Shown here: piece by piece, positions 49,501 to 55,500 of the stretch
Numbering within the stretch: the first letter of the stretch is position 1
Layout: every line of letters starts with the position of its first letter
Assembly: GCA_965219575.1 (NCBI GenBank)
Contig: OZ244779.1
Location: forward strand, 1,580,769 to 1,644,768
Reading direction: 5' to 3'
DNA from: Candidatus Oxydemutatoraceae bacterium
GTDB lineage: Bacteria; Pseudomonadota; Gammaproteobacteria; Poriferisulfidales; Oxydemutatoraceae
DNA length: 64,000 nucleotides
Notes under the pieces: generated by a model
Seen by the model: only the letters and a program-made list of their open reading frames with translations
Told to the model about the DNA's origin: nothing
Databases searched by the model: none
Position numbers and translations under genes: made by a program

Positions 49501-52500
49501 GCCACCGATATAATTATGATCACCACCGCCTCTAGTGCTACCGACCCCCTCTACGAAACTTGCTATAACACCGCTGTTCAATACCAGACCTCTGTTTTGA
49601 CCGACCAACGCGGCGACCCACACGGCACGGGAATTGGAAGCTCTGACATCGGCATCGTTGAGGATCAGATTTTTAACCGTCCCCCGTACCCCGATCGTTC
49701 CGAACAGACCGACCGCACTCGTACCGGCATCCCCTACTTTGATTTGTAAGTTGGATATCGCAAAACCGTTGCCGTCGAAGGTGCCGGTGAAATTATCTAT
49801 CGGTTGCCAGCCGTCGTCGCCGTCGGCATCGAAATCGTCCACCGTCCAATCGCTGTTGACCGCCCTCGTGCGATAGCTCAAGGCATCCTCAAAGTCCAGA
49901 TTTCTGGTTAATCTGTAGCTGCCGTTCGGGTTATTGCGTAGCGCATCGAGGTCTTCCAGATTACTGATCTCTATCGGTATTTGCGGCGCACGATAGCGCA
50001 AACGGAAGTTGTATCGGCGTTTGCGTGCCGAAGGATCCGACGGGGTGAGTTCGACGACGATGTGGTTTTCACCGTTCCTCAACATGATTTCTCCGCTCAA
50101 CTCGCCGCCACCGAACTCGGAAACCGGTGCCGTGTTATCCTCGCCGCGCAGAGCGAGAAAGCGCGCACCGGCATCCTGCGACCCGGCAATCAATCGGATC
50201 GTGTTGTCGGCACCGACACCGACGACATGCGTTCGGTAATCGCTCAATCTACCGTTAAAGTTTAGGCGCGGTGAAAACCTACCGGGAAATACGCTTAATT
50301 CGTTCAGATCATAGCTCGGTTTCGGTGCTATCAGACTGCCGCAGACCGGCAAACCGTCGCCACCGGCATCGCTACAAGTGCGCCGACCGGTGCTATCGGG
50401 GTTTCGAGCATATTTGAGTCGCGGATATTGCCGGTTGGTGCCGAAATCCCAGTTGTCGCTACTCCAGCCGGTATAACGGGCAGGGCTCGTTGCATCCGGT
50501 GCAGTCGGCGATTGCATCTGTTGTGTATTAAGACCGCTACCTCTTTCGCTGTTGCTTCGACCGCTGGTTTGTGTATTCCAATAGCTGTTTTGAACGCGAC
50601 CATCGGTGCCGGCAAACCTGTTTCCCAAAAAACCCCCTATATTTGATCCGGTTCCGGATACACTGCCTATAGAGTAACTATCGGCAATTAATCCGTTTGT
50701 TGCGTTTTGCCACAGATTGCCGATAAAACCACCCACTTGGTTTATGCCGGTAACCGAACCGGTTGCATAGCTATTCCTAATGACGGTATTTCCTTGTTTT
50801 TCACCTACAAAACCCCCGATAACCCTATCGGTACCGCCTATCACATTACCGGTTGCATAGCTATTCCTGATTTCACCCCTTCTTTGCACACCGACGAAAC
50901 CACCGGCAAAACCGGCTGCCGAAACGGCACCGGTTGCATAACTGTTGATAATCAAATCGGGAACCTCGTCGGCAAGACCGACCAAACCCCCGACTGCCGT
51001 GTTGCCGGTGACATCGACGCCGGCGTAGCTGTTGATAATCCGGCCCGAACGAAGATGCGCACCGACCAAACCGCCGATATTATTGCCTCCGTTGATCTCG
51101 CCGGTCGCATAACTACCGATAATGGTGCCTCGGTTTGCGCCTGCCAGCGCACCGCTATAATTATTGCTACCGGCATCTATTTTGACATCGGTCAAACCGA
51201 GGTTGCGGACAGTGCCGGTGATACTACCGAACAGACTTTGATCGTTGGCATTTCTATTGATTTGCAAATTGGATATCACGAAGCCGTTACCGTCGAAGAT
51301 GCCGGAGAATCGGTTACTATCATTACCTATGGGTTCCCAGCCGAGGCCGGTGTCGGTGTCAAAGTCCACCGTCCATCGCAACCTGTTTGTTGCCGCATCT
51401 TCATAACCGGCATCATTGCCGAAATCCAGATTTCTGAGCAGGCAATAGCTACCGTCTCGGCGGTTGCGTATGTCGTTAAGGTCTTCCAAAGTCTTGATCG
51501 GCGTGAAATCGCTCAACTCCGAACACTCTCTCGTCTCGACGATATCGGCGACAACGACACGGTTGAGAATGATCGACTGGCGCACCGCTTGTCCGCGCTT
51601 GACCTCTATTACCAGGTGGCGCATCGGTTCGCCGGCAGTCAGAGTCAATGCCATGCTAGGTTCGCCGCTAGCCAGACCGGATTGCAGTAGGGTGCCGTTT
51701 GCGTCGTAGATATCGATAACGGCATTGTCCTCAAAGGCGGTGGCAATCAGGCGAATCTCGGAAACCGACGCAGATACCTGAATGTTGCCCGAATAACTGC
51801 CACCGGTGAACGGCGGCGATAGGGTGCCGTTGACTGCCGTTAAAAACCGCAAGCCACGCCGCAATTCGGGAGAGATCAGCGTGCCACATTCGGGGGTGTC
51901 CGGCGTGTCGCACGCCGGTTGACCGGCAAGGTCGGGGTTCGGCGCATGTTTGAGGACCGGGTATTGGGCATCGGTGCCGAAATCCCAATCGTCGAGGTTC
52001 CAACCGAAATACACTTTGTCGGTATTGCTATATTGTGCAATGCCTGCCTGTAGCTCTGTCGTTGTTTTGCCGCTGCCACCGGTCGAGGTTTGCAAGCCGG
52101 CGGCGATTGTGTCCCAGTGGCTCGCATCAACGGTAGAAGGCTCTATAAACTGCCCGATTAGTCCTCCGTATGGAAAAACGGAGGGATTTAGAGATTCTAT
52201 CCTAACCGTTGCGTAGCTGTTGCGTACGCTACTGTCTCGCTGCAAAACACCGACCAAACCACCGACAAAAGCACTCAGGTTGTTGACTTGAATGATAGAG
52301 CCTTGCGCATAACTGTTGACGACCCGGCTCGTATTATCCAATTCTCCCACCAATGTTCCCATGCGATTGGCAGTATGGCTTGTAGCGATATCGGCAACCG
52401 CATAACTATTGATAATTCTAGAGGCTTGTACATGACCGACCAACCCGGCAACGCGAAACAAGTTGCTGGTGATTTCACCGGTGGTATAGCTGTTGATAAT

Positions 52501-55500
52501 CAGACCGTTCTCCGATATTCGCCCGACCAAAATACCCGAAGCACCGGTATTATCGGCGGTGTCCGAGGAACGGAATGCTATATTCATCAATGCACCGCTG
52601 TTGATAATTTCTCCGCCTAAGTTCTCGGCGACTAGACCGCCTATTAGATTACTTGCCGTGCCGGCGGCGGTGATTTCGCCCTGCACATAGCAATTAACGA
52701 CCGCGCCCCGATTGATCACCGTTAGACCGGAGAGTCTTCGACCGGCCGACGAGGATCCCGCTATCTCTAAACCTTCTATGCGGAGGTTGCGTATCACACC
52801 CGAGTTGTCAAAGAATAAACCCTTGCCACCGGCTGCCGCACTATTCATTCGTAAATTGTAGAGCGTGTTGCGGTTGCCTTCGAAGGTGCCGGTGAACGGG
52901 GTGCTACGATCTCCTATCGCGATCCAGCCGACATCGCCGAGTACGGTGAAATCGGATACCGTCCATGCTTTGTTAACTTGCCGGTTGCGATAGCTGTCGT
53001 TGTCTTCGAAATCCAAGTCTCTCATCAGTTCGTAGCCGAAGCAACCGCTGTCGGGACACCCGCCGGTCACCTCGCTTGCCGTCTCGCTCACCCTATAACC
53101 GCTACCCGATAGCTCGTGGCGGATTGCGTTCAACGCCTCCAAATCGTAAATCTCTATCAGACCGTCGCGGTCTTTATCTACGATCGCAGTCGGTGTCTGC
53201 GATGTTAGGGTGTTATTGTAGCCTTGCCGGTCTATATAGTATATTTGCAGACGGTAGCGAACATTACCTAATTCGTGCATGCCGACATCGAATGTCGCAT
53301 CGGTCGCTCCGTCTATGCTGGTCCAGTTATCGGCTTCATCGGCTTCGCTGAATTGCCATTGGTATAGCCGATCTTGTTCGGCAATCGGGGCGATGCCGTC
53401 GGCATCCGACGCGATGACCGCCTCAAAACCCGGCGAGTGCAACACCGGAGTGCCGTCTAAGAAGGCTAGAGGAGCCAAAACCGGACTGCCGTTATTCACT
53501 TTGGCAACGACGAGCTGTTCGGAGCCTATACTGCGATTACCGAAGCGACCGTCGCTTATCTCCACACTCAGTGATGCCACACGCCCGGTTTCGGTTATTG
53601 ATGCCACGAAATCGCCGGCTATAGTTAGATAGAAGTCGGGTTGGTTTATGGTGATGCCGGTGTCCAGACCGTCCATCAACAGCGGCATCTGCGGTGCGGT
53701 TTGTCTCCACATGTAAGATAAGGGGACGATCCCACCGATGTTGCTCGCTACATTGAAGCGCACCGTTTGACCTTCTCTCACCTGCCTGTTGCTCGAGTCT
53801 ACCGTCACGCTCGCGGCGAAGCTACGGAAAATTTTTACACTATAATTTCGAGCAACGATGAGCTCGGTCGGAGCAGGCATTCTATTGAGGTTGATCGATA
53901 GATCGTTATCGCTACCGGTGACCGTAATTGGGTTGGCTTCGTCGCCGACTTTTAAGACCGTGAATGTAGCATCGTTATCGCGTGCGGCAACATCCAAGCT
54001 AATCGCAGTCGGGTTGTCGCCTACCACCACATAGTAGTTGTTAATCTCGGGGTCGAACTCGGGAATCAATGTGAAGCCACCGTTGACCGCTAGGGTGGCT
54101 ATGCGAGCGACTTGCTGCGCCAAGGCAATGCCGTCGGCATCCTTCAGTATCGGGTATTCGATGGTGGAACCGAAATTCCAGTCGTTGCGACTCCACAGAT
54201 AAAAAGCATCGGATACCTGCTCGCCGGGCGTAACCGCTGCCTCGAGATCGGCAATACCGCTGCCACCGTCGCTCGTCGTGATACCGGCTTCGGTGGTATC
54301 CCAATAGCTACGCAATACGCTGCCTGAATTGATACCGACCAAGCCACCGACATCGTTGCCGCTGCCGATCACTCGCCCGGCCGCATAAGCGATGCGAACT
54401 TCGCCGCCGTTCTCGCCGACCAAACCGCCGACGCGATCGGCACCGATGACCGAACTCAACGCATAGCACAGCTCAACCGTGCCGTCGAATTGCTTGCCGA
54501 CCAAACCGCCGACGCGATCGGCACCGAAGACCTGCGGGTTGACCGCATAGCTACTGCGTATCATGCCGCTGTCGGCTCTACCGACCAAACCACCGACATC
54601 GTTCACATCGTTGTCTATGCCGGGGGCGTCGCTGTTGTCTCCTACGACCGAACCCGTCGCATAGCTGAAAGTGATACCGCCGCCGAACAAATAACCGACT
54701 AAACCGCCGACGCCGACGCCGCTGCCTCGTATATCGCCGCTCGCATAGCTGTTTTCAATTCGGCTATTCTCGGCACTGCCTACCAAACCACCGACATTCG
54801 AAACACCCGTTACATTTACAATCGCATAACCGTTATTGATCGTGCTTTTGTTACTCATCCCGATCAAACCACCGACATCGGTATTGCCGACGACAACACC
54901 GCTCGCAAAACTATCGACGACGACGCTCCCGGTTTCGTCTACAGTACCGATCAACCCGCCGACATTGTCGTTGCCGTCGATGCCGATTTCGGTTGCCGAA
55001 CAGTCGGCTATGCGCTCGCCGGCATAAAAACCGACCAAACCGCCGACATGCGTATTGCCGGAAACTTCTATGTCGTTTGTCGTGCTGTCGCTAATCGTAT
55101 TGTCGCTGTAGCCGACTAAACCGCCGATGTAGTTGCCGGCGACAACCGTACCGCTTGCCGAGTTATCGGTCAAACGGAAGGTCTGCAGACTATCGGCTGC
55201 GACGATCTCTTCGGATGACGGACAAAGACGGCTACCGGTTATGCTCGAACACGCATAGCCGATCAAACCGCCGGCATAATCGCCGGCTACCAACACATCG
55301 GCACTCACATTGTTGCCGACGATAGAACCGATGGTGTAGCCGACCAAACCGCCGACATAACCGTTGCCGTATATGTTACCTCTGATATCGTTGCCACCGA
55401 GTATGCGCCCGAAATTGAAACCGACCAATCCGCCGACCCGCTCACCACCCAGCACATCGGTCGATACAAAATTATCCGATACGATGCCGAAGTTGTCGCC

